Of a stretch of DNA of 64,000 nucleotides, positions 9,301 to 17,020 are shown piece by piece. How positions within the stretch are numbered: position 1 is the stretch's first letter; each line of letters begins with the position of its first letter. Both the position numbers and the translations under genes were made by a program. Location of the stretch: IMG/VR virus record IMGVR_UViG_3300021399_000012, positions 1-64,000 of that record. The stretch is one strand, 5' to 3'. This stretch comes from a virus. Lineage: Duplodnaviria > Caudoviricetes. The notes under the pieces are model-generated. The model saw only the letters and a program-made list of their open reading frames with translations. It searched no databases and was not told the origin of the DNA.

Positions 9301-10375
9301 ATCAATGCATCCGTCTAGTGTAATTGCCGAAGAGTTATTTGGATCTAAGTACACAAAGAGATTCAAAGAGATATTAGATACTCGTATAGCTATTAAGCAT
9401 AAAGATTTCGATAAGGCTAAGAAATTGCTCGGTGGTGTATTGTCGAAATACCTTGATAATCCTGATGACGCAAAAGCATTGGCTCAGGCTTTGAAGATTG
9501 CTATTAATTCAGTATATGGATTAACATCAGCTAAGTTTGAGAATCCTTTCAGGGATCCAAGAAATATCGATAATATCGTTGCAAAGCGTGGTGCTTTATT
9601 CATGATTAATCTTAAAGAAGCTGTAGAAGCTGCTGGCGGAAAGGTTATACATATCAAGACTGACTCTATAAAGATATTAGACCCAACTGAAGAGATTGCA
9701 AATCTTGTATATTCTATGGGTAAAGAATATGGGTATAATTTCGAAATAGAGCATATATTTGAAAAGATCTGCCTTGTTAATAATGCAGTATATGTTGCTA
9801 AATTGGCAGAGGACGATCCAGAAGATCCTGGACAATGGACAGCTACTGGAACACAATTCGCAGTTCCATATGTATTCAAGACATTATTTACGCACGAACC
9901 AATTATATTTGAGGATATGTGTGAGACAAAGTCTGTACAAACTGACATATACCTAGATAATACATTCGGTCACGAGGAGATGCTCGCTGACATAGAAGTA
10001 CTTAAGAAACAGCGTGATAAGAAGAAGGCTGGAGAATATGTATTATCGGAATTAGAGCGTGACGAGTTAGATAACAAGATATCAGAACTTGAGAGTGTCG
10101 CTCATACCTATACATTCGTAGGTAAGGTTGGACAGTTTACACCAGTATCTGATGATAAACTCGGATGCGATCTTGTTAGATCATGTACGGACGCTAAAGG
10201 TCGTAAAAAGTATGCTGCAGTTACAGGTTCCAAGGGTTATAAATGGTTGGAATCAGCAAACGTTAAAGCATTAGGACTCGAAGATAAAATTGATAGAAGC
10301 TACTACACTAAGTTGGTAGATGATGCGGTTAAAGCTATGAGTGAATATGGTAACGTAGACTGGTTCTTAGACTAA
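6341..10375 (+). CDS. SF3 helicase - primase (AEP-like) - family B DNA polymerase fusion
   Basis: Walker A GSAGTGKST; VIDFD and SKSGSGIHLHY primase-like motifs; exonuclease motifs FYDVE, YNCRRYD, YCDDD; PolB motifs FDVASMHPS, KIAINSVYG, IKTDS. Confidence 0.85.
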   Translation: MLDFFVISQKSTKRGFVEIYPKFIVRTSKDLMIRGGDFYAIWDESNKQWSTDEERALQLIDEALDDYVNEHAGTITDNISVLHMWDAETGMIDRWHKYCQKQMRDKYQALDENLVFSNTELSKELYSSKRLPYALEDGDISAWNELLDVLYSKEEKKKLEWSIGSVVSGESKNLQKFVVLYGSAGTGKSTVLNIMQKLFQGYYSVFDAKSLGSANNAFALEAFKTNPLVAIQHDGDLSKIEDNTRLNSLVSHELMTVNEKFRPTYTNRFNSFLFMGTNKPVKITDAKSGILRRLIDVSPTGNKVPARKYKELMKKIDFELGAIAKHCMDVYVNDPGAYDAYVPTNMMDESNDFYNFIIDNYDIFRRQDSVTLKQAWELYQEWCTDSNIPYPYTKRVFKSELKNYFENFDERRKDGLRNVYSGFTYDKFTYKAKNKDDEAEPIKPWLAFAEIPSAFDAACADLPAQYATANEIPEGKWADVTTTLKDIDTSKLHYVKVPLNHIVIDFDIPDENGNKSFEKNFEAACQWPETYAELSKSGSGIHLHYIYNGDPLLLSRVYGDHIEIKVYNGKSSLRRKLTKCNNLPIASISSGLPLKEEKPKKRIDKMINMDDAAWQKKILIPSIDKCLKKEHHHATKPEVDFIKKILDDAYDSGRFYDVTPLRPAILTFAARSSHQSDYCIKLVNSMKFKSESISEVSDAVYGEKPIAFYDVEVFPNLFLINWKLAGDNPVVRMINPTPADVEALIQNYRLIGYNCRRYDNHILWARMMGYTNEQLYNLSQRIVNGSKNAMFGEAYNLSYTDVYDFCSTKQSLKKWEIELGITHHELGLPWDQPVAEELWPKVAEYCDDDVIATEAVFNARKADFIAREILADVAGMTVNSSTNSLTTRIIFGKDLQPQSEFNYRFMGEDVPDDELYTIKYEKDKLVRSDKVSNSDYILFRKSDNKPVFRGYTFDHGRSLYRGFEVGEGGFVWAEPGMYGRAITFDVASMHPSSVIAEELFGSKYTKRFKEILDTRIAIKHKDFDKAKKLLGGVLSKYLDNPDDAKALAQALKIAINSVYGLTSAKFENPFRDPRNIDNIVAKRGALFMINLKEAVEAAGGKVIHIKTDSIKILDPTEEIANLVYSMGKEYGYNFEIEHIFEKICLVNNAVYVAKLAEDDPEDPGQWTATGTQFAVPYVFKTLFTHEPIIFEDMCETKSVQTDIYLDNTFGHEEMLADIEVLKKQRDKKKAGEYVLSELERDELDNKISELESVAHTYTFVGKVGQFTPVSDDKLGCDLVRSCTDAKGRKKYAAVTGSKGYKWLESANVKALGLEDKIDRSYYTKLVDDAVKAMSEYGNVDWFLD

Positions 10376-10404
10376 AAAAATTATATTAAGAAGGAGAATA
10401 GACA

Positions 10405-10881
10405 ATGAAAGAACGTATGGACGATTTAGTTATTGAAAACGCTAGACTTATATTTAAGAATTTTGCTGGTAAGGGTGACAGATACAATCCGGAAGGTAGT
10501 AGAAACTTCTGTGTTGTAATCGATGATCCTGAATTGGCAGAGCAGCTTAATGCTGATGGTTGGAACATTAAGTGGACTAAACCTCGTGATGAAGATGATG
10601 AGCCTATGGCATATCTTCCAGTAAAGGTGCAGTTTGGTCAGTTCCCTCCAACAGTATACCTCATTAGTGGACACACAAAGACTCTTCTTGATGAGGACAG
10701 TATTAATACTTTGGATTATGCGGACATTAAGAATGCAGACCTCATCATTAATCCATATCAGTGGACTATGAATGGTGCAGTTGGTGTTAAGGCATATTTG
10801 AAGACTGCTTACATCACAATCGAAGAGGATAGATTTGCTCATAAGTATGACTTCAGTGAAGATGAAGTTCCATTCAACTAA
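10405..10881 (+). CDS. ssb: single-stranded DNA-binding protein
   Basis: Directly after replicase; acidic C-terminal tail ending EDEVPFN. Confidence 0.75.
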   Translation: MKERMDDLVIENARLIFKNFAGKGDRYNPEGSRNFCVVIDDPELAEQLNADGWNIKWTKPRDEDDEPMAYLPVKVQFGQFPPTVYLISGHTKTLLDEDSINTLDYADIKNADLIINPYQWTMNGAVGVKAYLKTAYITIEEDRFAHKYDFSEDEVPFN

Positions 10882-11043
10882 TTATTCTTAATTAGGACTT
10901 AGGGCTCATTATATTTGATGGGCCCTACTAGTTCTTAAAGTAATAGGGGAAGTTAAAAATTGAATATGGACAGAAACTTACGAGTACAAAATGTGAGGAT
11001 ATTGCATTTTATAACTTGAGGATATATTATATATCCGGAAAGG

Positions 11044-11667
11044 ATGAAAATGAAAAAACGACTAACCCAATCACTAGTGCTTATTGTGGCATTAGCAGGA
11101 CTAATCACTCAGGTATCTATAACAAAAAATGTACAAAGAAAGGAACTAATAGAAAAAACAAAGAATTTACCATATTCTTATGAAGATATCATGGTACCAC
11201 GAAATATCAAAGAAATGTTAACAGTGACGGAACAAGATGTACAAATCGTTGCGGCACAAATGGAACCAGAGATACCTAATCCAGAACTACTAGATACTTA
11301 TATTTCTAGAGGATGGTCAGAAGAACATTTCTGGACAGATGTAGATATGATAGCAAAAATGACTATGGCTGAGGCAGAAGGAGAATCTGATCTTGGCAAA
11401 CGTTATGTCATTGATGTTATTTTAAATCGTGTGGATAGCCACAAGTGGCCTAATGATATCTGCAGCGTATTGTATGAATGCGGGCAATTTACAAGTATGG
11501 ATAATGGCCGTTATGACAATGCATATGTCGACGACCATATTAAGAATTTAGTTGTTGAGGAATTATATTCTAGAACAAACTATGAGGTAATGTATTTCAA
11601 AACGGATGGTTACTTCTTATCCCATTTGGATGTGGAACAAATCGGTAATCATTTCTTTTCGAAATAA
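11044..11667 (+). CDS. SleB/Hydrolase_2-like cell wall hydrolase with N-terminal signal/TM
   Basis: AEAEGE..GK..V..VILNRV, GQF and IGNHFF motifs. Confidence 0.8.
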   Translation: MKMKKRLTQSLVLIVALAGLITQVSITKNVQRKELIEKTKNLPYSYEDIMVPRNIKEMLTVTEQDVQIVAAQMEPEIPNPELLDTYISRGWSEEHFWTDVDMIAKMTMAEAEGESDLGKRYVIDVILNRVDSHKWPNDICSVLYECGQFTSMDNGRYDNAYVDDHIKNLVVEELYSRTNYEVMYFKTDGYFLSHLDVEQIGNHFFSK

Positions 11668-11687
11668 CAAGGAAGGAGTGACTCTGC

Positions 11688-11885
11688 ATGGAAAAACTTA
11701 TATTTAGTTGTGAGTTTCCAGCAGATTCCTCTGAAGCTGAGAGACTTACAGATTGGTTAATCACAAATCGTGTTAGAAGAGTAGTTACATCATCTAGTTT
11801 CAAGAAGGGTGTTATATTCACATCATACTTTATAGAATGCACAAATAAAATGCAACTTAAAAGATTATTAGACCTTTTCGCATAA
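11688..11885 (+). CDS. hypothetical protein
   Basis: GGAAGGAG RBS. Confidence 0.65.
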   Translation: MEKLIFSCEFPADSSEAERLTDWLITNRVRRVVTSSSFKKGVIFTSYFIECTNKMQLKRLLDLFA

Positions 11886-11903
11886 TTTACAGTCCAGATT
11901 ATA
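11877..11903 (+). promoter_or_regulatory. phage promoter motif (variant)
   Basis: TTCGCA-N15-ATTATA(GG). Confidence 0.5.
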
Positions 11904-11938
11904 GGAAACAATAATTAATATTATTGGAGGGCGACATT

Positions 11939-12046
11939 ATGGAAAAGGAAGAAACCAGATGGGAACAAATTACTACAGTTGATAATAACGGTTTAGTGAT
12001 TTGTATCGAGTGGGTTCCTGTAAAGGTCCCGGTAGAGAAAAATTAA
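11939..12046 (+). CDS. 35-aa hypothetical protein (not in ORF track)
   Basis: MEKEETRWEQITTVDNNGLVICIEWVPVKVPVEKN; GGAGG RBS; followed by 29-bp element. Confidence 0.55.
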   Translation: MEKEETRWEQITTVDNNGLVICIEWVPVKVPVEKN

Positions 12047-12056
12047 ATATTGTTAA

Positions 12057-12085
12057 AGACCTTAGCAAGTCTATAAACTGCTAAA
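12057..12085 (+). repeat. 29-bp dispersed element (copy 3)
   Basis: Exact copy. Confidence 0.9.
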
Positions 12086-12090
12086 TTCTT

Positions 12091-12117
12091 TTCGTATTAT
12101 ATTCAACCATGTATATA
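12091..12117 (+). promoter_or_regulatory. phage promoter motif abutting RBS
   Basis: TTCGTA-N15-TATATA followed immediately by GGAGGTG. Confidence 0.7.
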
Positions 12118-12131
12118 GGAGGTGAAGTAAT

Positions 12132-12266
12132 ATGGTAAAGGCAAGAGAAAATCTAAAAGCAAAAATTAGAGCGATGTATAACGCAGGATATAGTACTGGC
12201 GAAATAGCCAAGGAATTAAATATTGCAGAATACAAAGTTGTAAGGATGCTTGGGATATCATATTAA
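12132..12266 (+). CDS. 44-aa stand-alone HTH protein (not in ORF track)
   Basis: MVKARENLKAKIRAMYNAGYSTGEIAKELNIAEYKVVRMLGISY; GGAGGTG RBS, own promoter and terminator. Confidence 0.75.
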   Translation: MVKARENLKAKIRAMYNAGYSTGEIAKELNIAEYKVVRMLGISY

Positions 12267-12267
12267 T

Positions 12268-12304
12268 AACTAGCTGGGCGGTTATTACAACCGTCTAGTT
12301 TTTT
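12268..12304 (+). terminator. intrinsic terminator
   Basis: AACTAG..GGCGGTT/AACCGTCTAGTT plus T-run. Confidence 0.7.
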
Positions 12305-12324
12305 CTTGGAGGTGGTTTACAAAT

Positions 12325-13518
12325 ATGGCCTTCGAATTATATCCGCATCAAGAAGCGGCGTTGAGAAAAATGAAAAACGGTTGCATTCTTAATGGCGGAG
12401 TTGGTAGTGGTAAGTCAATAACCGCAATAGCTTATTATTTTTTCAAGAACGGTGGAATCTATGAACATCATCACATGATGCCAATGGTTAAAAAGCAGTT
12501 TCTTGTAATCATAACGACTGCTAGAAAAAGAGATACCTTCGAATGGAATAAGGAGTTGTCACTTTTCGATCTATATGTCGAGAACGGAGACGCTGTTATA
12601 GATTCGTGGAATAACATAAAGAAGTATTCTGATATGAAAGATGCATTCTTTATATTTGACGAGCAACGAGCTTCTGGATCAGGAGCTTGGGTAAAGGCAT
12701 TCCTAAAGATCGCGAAATCTAATGAGTGGATACTGTTGTCAGCGACTCCTGGTGATTCATGGGTTGAATACGCTCCAGTTTTTGTGGCGAATGGTTTCTA
12801 TAAAAACATAACCGAGTTTAAAAGAGAGCATGTTGTTATGAGTCATTACGGAGGATATCCAAAAATTGACAGGTATATAAATACTGTTCGATTGAATAAA
12901 CTCAGGAGATCTATATTGGTTGATATGGATTTCAAGCGTAAGACTAATAGAGTGCACATAAACGTTTGGGTTCCTTGGGATAATGTAGCTTATAAAAGAG
13001 CTATAAAAACCAGGTTTAATGAGGAAACCGGTGAACCATTTAAGAACGCATCTGCATTATGTTATTATTTAAGAATGATTCTAAATAGTAATCCAGATCG
13101 CTTAGTCTTTACGTACGATATTCTTAAAGAAAAGAAGAAGGCTATTATATTCTACAATTTTGACTACGAGCTGTATATGCTTGAACAAATGCTAGATGAG
13201 TACTCTATACCATATGGAGAATGGAATGGACATCAACACAATCCGATTCCAGATACTGACACATGGGCGTATTTAGTTCAGTACAATGCTGGCTCAGAAG
13301 GCTGGAATTGTACAAGATGCGATACAGTTATATTCTACAGTCAAAATTATTCATACAAGATGACAGAACAAGCTTGCGGTAGAATAGACAGACTTAACAC
13401 ACCGTATAATAATTTATATTATTATCATTTGAAGTCTAAGGCCGGAATAGACTTGGCAATAGCTAAAGCATTGAAAGATAAAAAGAATTTTAATGAGTCA
13501 GCTTGGACTTCGCAATAA
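12325..13518 (+). CDS. superfamily 2 (SNF2/DEAD-like) helicase
   Basis: GGVGSGKS Walker A, FIFDEQ Walker B, LLSATP motif III, QACGRIDR motif VI. Confidence 0.85.
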   Translation: MAFELYPHQEAALRKMKNGCILNGGVGSGKSITAIAYYFFKNGGIYEHHHMMPMVKKQFLVIITTARKRDTFEWNKELSLFDLYVENGDAVIDSWNNIKKYSDMKDAFFIFDEQRASGSGAWVKAFLKIAKSNEWILLSATPGDSWVEYAPVFVANGFYKNITEFKREHVVMSHYGGYPKIDRYINTVRLNKLRRSILVDMDFKRKTNRVHINVWVPWDNVAYKRAIKTRFNEETGEPFKNASALCYYLRMILNSNPDRLVFTYDILKEKKKAIIFYNFDYELYMLEQMLDEYSIPYGEWNGHQHNPIPDTDTWAYLVQYNAGSEGWNCTRCDTVIFYSQNYSYKMTEQACGRIDRLNTPYNNLYYYHLKSKAGIDLAIAKALKDKKNFNESAWTSQ

Positions 13519-13535
13519 TTTCAACCTCTTATATG
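13509..13535 (+). promoter_or_regulatory. phage promoter motif
   Basis: TTCGCA-N15-TATATG; no ORF downstream. Confidence 0.7.
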
Positions 13536-13567
13536 AGAGGAAAATAAAAAATTATTTGAACTTTTAA

Positions 13568-13615
13568 AGGTCTAGGGACTAGCTTATATTAGCAGTTTCT
13601 GGGCTTTTTGTTTTT
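13568..13615 (+). terminator. G-U rich terminator hairpin
   Basis: 13+3 bp stem with five G-U pairs, followed by T-runs. Confidence 0.55.
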
Positions 13616-13754
13616 ACGGCTTTAATAGTGATTTATTTGACTAGTAGAATAAAAGACTCTTACTCCCCCATTTTAAATAATTTATCGAATCCAATAATCA
13701 AATAAATATTTTCACATCGCTATCAAATAAGTCACTATTAAAGCCGTAAAAACA
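13609..13754. repeat. 32-bp inverted repeat with 82-nt loop
   Basis: 13609-13640 vs 13723-13754, single mismatch (U-G on + strand). Confidence 0.95.
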
Positions 13755-13755
13755 T

Positions 13756-13922
13756 TATATCTTTGGTATTAATAAGGGGTAGCTTAGTTTATTCAAATTT
13801 CCTTTCTGTATTTTTATATTTAGTTTGACGTGTACTTGGTTTATTATTTGTGTTTTACCTCTTTTTGTGATAGTTATTATTTTTGCATATGTCGGCTACC
13901 CTTTATTAATACCAAAGATATA
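13756..13922. repeat. 28-bp inverted repeat with 111-nt loop
   Basis: 13756-13783 vs 13895-13922, single mismatch (G-U on + strand). Confidence 0.95.
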
Positions 13923-13981
13923 TTTAATTATATTTTTTTTATCACATATAACGATTGGTAAGTTTTTAGGAGGAATGAATT

Positions 13982-14437
13982 ATGTACAAACTATTCAAAA
14001 AATTTATGGAGAAGCTTTTTAGTTATGTGGAAACTGAAAAGAAAGAAGACACAGTACCAGAGGTAAATGAGCCTGAAAAGGAAGAGGATACAGTATCAGA
14101 AGCAGACGTGAATGCATGTGATGTTCATTATCTGTTCTTCGCTAGCTTTGATGAGATGGAAGATATTGAAGAGAAGATCGATAACGTAGTTAATGATCCT
14201 TCAGGCATGGTCCCTAATGCGCATGTTACATTGGCTCTCGACGAGGTAGATAATATACCTTACGAACCTGACTTGTATGACATTGTGTATGTGTCAGATA
14301 AGTTTACAGATCGAGAAGCTATATTCGCTCTCTTCACCAATGCTCAGAAGAAGTACAAGTCTTTAAATGGCATCTTGAATCGTTTGAAGGCCGAACCAAA
14401 GCATGAGGGTAAGAAGTATAAGAAATACACAGTTTAA
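13982..14437 (+). CDS. hypothetical acidic protein
   Basis: AGGAGG RBS; long ORF. Confidence 0.75.
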   Translation: MYKLFKKFMEKLFSYVETEKKEDTVPEVNEPEKEEDTVSEADVNACDVHYLFFASFDEMEDIEEKIDNVVNDPSGMVPNAHVTLALDEVDNIPYEPDLYDIVYVSDKFTDREAIFALFTNAQKKYKSLNGILNRLKAEPKHEGKKYKKYTV

Positions 14438-14449
14438 GAGGTACATGTC

Positions 14450-14692
14450 ATGATATACATTATAGCTATTATAGCATTGATTATTGGTATTATATTTGGA
14501 ATCTTTATCGGTGTCAGGATGAAAGTATCCGAAGTACCTAATGTTGGTACCTTATGCGTCGATATGGATTCTGCTGGTTTTTTCTGGGTTGAATTTTCAG
14601 ATAGATCGACTTTTGAATCTATGAAAAATAAATACCTTAATAAGCAGGTTCGTATGAAGGTGAAACCTGTGCATTATGAAAAGACGCAATAA
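14450..14692 (+). CDS. hypothetical membrane protein
   Basis: N-terminal TM helix. Confidence 0.7.
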   Translation: MIYIIAIIALIIGIIFGIFIGVRMKVSEVPNVGTLCVDMDSAGFFWVEFSDRSTFESMKNKYLNKQVRMKVKPVHYEKTQ

Positions 14693-14709
14693 TTTCCGTT
14701 TCTTATATG
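14683..14709 (+). promoter_or_regulatory. phage promoter motif
   Basis: GACGCA-N15-TATATG. Confidence 0.65.
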
Positions 14710-14747
14710 GGTAATTGGTGCCCGTTTAACATTAAGGAGGTATAGAA

Positions 14748-15167
14748 ATGGCAAAGGAAATTTCAGAAATGACATTAGACGAATTGTTAGACTACAATCT
14801 GTCAAAAGAACTTAAAGATTTTGACGGTAAGAACAAGGAGCAAACTCAGGCAGTTGAGATGCTTCTAAAGCAGTCAACGGACAGAGACCGACTGGAATTT
14901 GAAATTACTAAGCATGAGGACGACTTAAGTGAACGTAAAGCTCAGAGAAAATTCGAATCGAAGGAGAATGAGCTTCAGCGTGAGCATGAGAAATACTTAG
15001 CGAAGCAAGATCAGAAGAAAGAAGGTATTAAGACCGCTGGCGTTGTATTAGGAGGATTGATATCTGCAGGGGCAGCTATTGGACTTGCCAACAGCGTCAT
15101 GAAGTTCGAAGAAGACGGTGGTTGTATAACAACTAAGTCTTGGGGATTTCTAAATAGACTTAAGTAA
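14748..15167 (+). CDS. coiled-coil protein with C-terminal membrane segment
   Basis: Promoter 14683-14709, AAGGAGG RBS, terminator after. Confidence 0.75.
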   Translation: MAKEISEMTLDELLDYNLSKELKDFDGKNKEQTQAVEMLLKQSTDRDRLEFEITKHEDDLSERKAQRKFESKENELQREHEKYLAKQDQKKEGIKTAGVVLGGLISAGAAIGLANSVMKFEEDGGCITTKSWGFLNRLK

Positions 15168-15192
15168 AGTATCTATTATATTAAACAAAACC

Positions 15193-15225
15193 AAGCTATG
15201 GGATTCAGGTCCTATAGCTTTTTTT
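15193..15225 (+). terminator. intrinsic terminator
   Basis: AAGCTATGGGA/TCCTATAGCTT plus T-run. Confidence 0.75.
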
Positions 15226-15241
15226 AGAAGGAGAAACAACA

Positions 15242-15505
15242 ATGAGTGAAAACGAAAACGTTAAGAATACAGAAGAAACAACTGATGATAAGAAGACATT
15301 CGGAGAGATTTTGGACACACTGAATCAGGACCAGCGAATGGCATTATATTCTATGCTTGGCGCTCTGGCTTCTAACAAAGATGCATTAGCAACTTTTGAT
15401 GAATATCAGATTGCTTTTCTTGGACAGATTATTCAGATCGAGATCGCAAAGCTGCACGTTGCAAAAGTTTCAAGCGATACAGAAACTGACAAGAATGCAG
15501 AATAG
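15242..15505 (+). CDS. hypothetical protein resembling capsid scaffold repeat
   Basis: TFGEILDTLNQDQRMALYSMLG resembles TVEDVFNTLNETQKNVVYALIG in 43512..45413. Confidence 0.65.
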   Translation: MSENENVKNTEETTDDKKTFGEILDTLNQDQRMALYSMLGALASNKDALATFDEYQIAFLGQIIQIEIAKLHVAKVSSDTETDKNAE

Positions 15506-15532
15506 TTCGCAAGGTTTTCAACCATCTATATG
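15506..15532 (+). promoter_or_regulatory. phage promoter motif
   Basis: TTCGCA-N15-TATATG. Confidence 0.7.
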
Positions 15533-15552
15533 GAATATTAATAAACATATAA

Positions 15553-15765
15553 ATGGAGGAAAACATTATGGGAACAAGTATTATTAGTATTGTTATAGGT
15601 GCAATTATGATTGGATTTTGCATTCTTGAATTTTACGCGCTAAGTAAAATGGATCTTAGCAAGTGTTATTCAGGAGCTGTAAGAGCCGCATATGGTATAC
15701 TTACAACAATAGGTATATTTGGAACTGTACTTGTACAATCCGGTATTTATGGATTGTTGTATTAG
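15553..15765 (+). CDS. two-TM hypothetical membrane protein
   Basis: Cassette context; start may be ATG 15568 after GGAGG. Confidence 0.7.
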   Translation: MEENIMGTSIISIVIGAIMIGFCILEFYALSKMDLSKCYSGAVRAAYGILTTIGIFGTVLVQSGIYGLLY

Positions 15766-15770
15766 TATCA

Positions 15771-15799
15771 AGACCTTAGCAAGTCTTTAAACTGCTAAA
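15771..15799 (+). repeat. 29-bp dispersed element (copy 4, GTCTTT variant)
   Basis: One substitution. Confidence 0.9.
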
Positions 15800-15804
15800 A
15801 CTTT

Positions 15805-15831
15805 TTCGCAATATTTACAGTTTCATATATG
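15805..15831 (+). promoter_or_regulatory. phage promoter motif
   Basis: TTCGCA-N15-TATATG. Confidence 0.7.
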
Positions 15832-15873
15832 GAAAAATCAGCATTTTGCAATGATGGTAAATTCATTACTACA

Positions 15874-15902
15874 AGACCTTAGCAAGTCTTTAAACTGCTA
15901 AA
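15874..15902 (+). repeat. 29-bp dispersed element (copy 5, GTCTTT variant)
   Basis: One substitution; no RBS-led ORF upstream. Confidence 0.9.
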
Positions 15903-15942
15903 ACTTTTTTAGGTAATTATATTATAAGGGAGGTAACTTAAT

Positions 15943-16626
15943 ATGATTAAAATCAACGGAAAGACATTGTCAACATTAACTTGCATTGGTGGTGCTGTAT
16001 CGCTTGGAGGATTGATCACATACTTATGTGTGGATTCCGCTAAGAAAAGCAAGGCTGCTAAAGAGGAAAGAGAAAAGAAGTATCAGTATGAAAGAAAGGG
16101 TATCCTGGCGACGCTGGATGCTAATCCTATTCCAGAAGATATCGATATCTCCAACGCTACATTTGCTAATAAGGCATTTACAGGCGAGGAAAAGGCAGCA
16201 GCTAGAAAGGTTATCAAATATTATATTGATATCGCTGAGTGCGCAGAGAAGTCTATCAGGAATTCAAAGGACACAATTGAAATCCAGAATAGATTACTCG
16301 ACAAGTACCTTGACAATGTAAACCAGGCTAAAAACATTATATCTGATTTCACAAATCCTAATTTCTCAGCTGACATCATTAAGAGTGTGCTCGTGTACCA
16401 GTCATCTGTTCTTGCAGACATTGCAAAGGCAGCGGAGGAAGCACAAGCCCGTAAGGACGAGATGGATCGTCTTGATAGAGAGTATCAGATGGAGAAGTTA
16501 AGACTTGATAGAGAGGCAGCAGCTGAACAGCAGAAGCTCGAAGCATTAGCAGTTGCAGCTAAGGCAATGAGCTCCAACGTAAATGTACAGGTTGGAGATG
16601 CTAATGTAACTAAGGAGGAATCTTAA
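15943..16626 (+). CDS. membrane-anchored coiled-coil hypothetical protein
   Basis: N-terminal hydrophobic segment; GGAGGT RBS. Confidence 0.75.
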   Translation: MIKINGKTLSTLTCIGGAVSLGGLITYLCVDSAKKSKAAKEEREKKYQYERKGILATLDANPIPEDIDISNATFANKAFTGEEKAAARKVIKYYIDIAECAEKSIRNSKDTIEIQNRLLDKYLDNVNQAKNIISDFTNPNFSADIIKSVLVYQSSVLADIAKAAEEAQARKDEMDRLDREYQMEKLRLDREAAAEQQKLEALAVAAKAMSSNVNVQVGDANVTKEES

Positions 16627-16779
16627 TGAAGAACAAATTAACTTTACAAGATTTCTGTGTTCAGGTGCTTGGCATGTCTGTTCGTAGTTTCTCTCATATG
16701 AATAAGAGACAGAAGGTGGAGGCCATAAAGCAATACAACAATTATATTAATAAAAAGAACTAGGAGGAATTGCTGATTT

Positions 16780-16983
16780 ATGGCATATATTAATCTTTCG
16801 GCAGTTAGAGCTTCCGACTATAAGCACGGACCCGCTATTAAAACTAATGGCAAAACTAGCGAAGAATGCTATGCTGAATATATGGAAGCAAGGAAGAATA
16901 ACACATTAGACACTCTCGATGTCGAGGTTCGAGAAATGGCTAAAGCTTATGCTAGAAAGCATGGCAAAGTTATTCTAAAATAA
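16780..16983 (+). CDS. hypothetical protein
   Basis: RBS upstream; terminator downstream. Confidence 0.65.
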   Translation: MAYINLSAVRASDYKHGPAIKTNGKTSEECYAEYMEARKNNTLDTLDVEVREMAKAYARKHGKVILK

Positions 16984-16984
16984 T

Positions 16985-17020
16985 GAGATTGGTCTGACAA
17001 TTGTCAGGCCTTCTCGTTTT
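16985..17020 (+). terminator. intrinsic terminator
   Basis: GGTCTGACA/TGTCAGGCC stem plus T-run. Confidence 0.7.

Noticed and set aside
13609-13922. MITEs or IS remnants
   Set aside because: The first element starts TG and ends CA, but no target-site duplication or transposase is visible and the two elements are unrelated; kept only as an alternative
13825-14022. 65-aa hydrophobic ORF
   Set aside because: TTG start without RBS, lies in the U-rich loop and stem of the hairpin and overlaps the next real gene; hydrophobicity follows from T-richness
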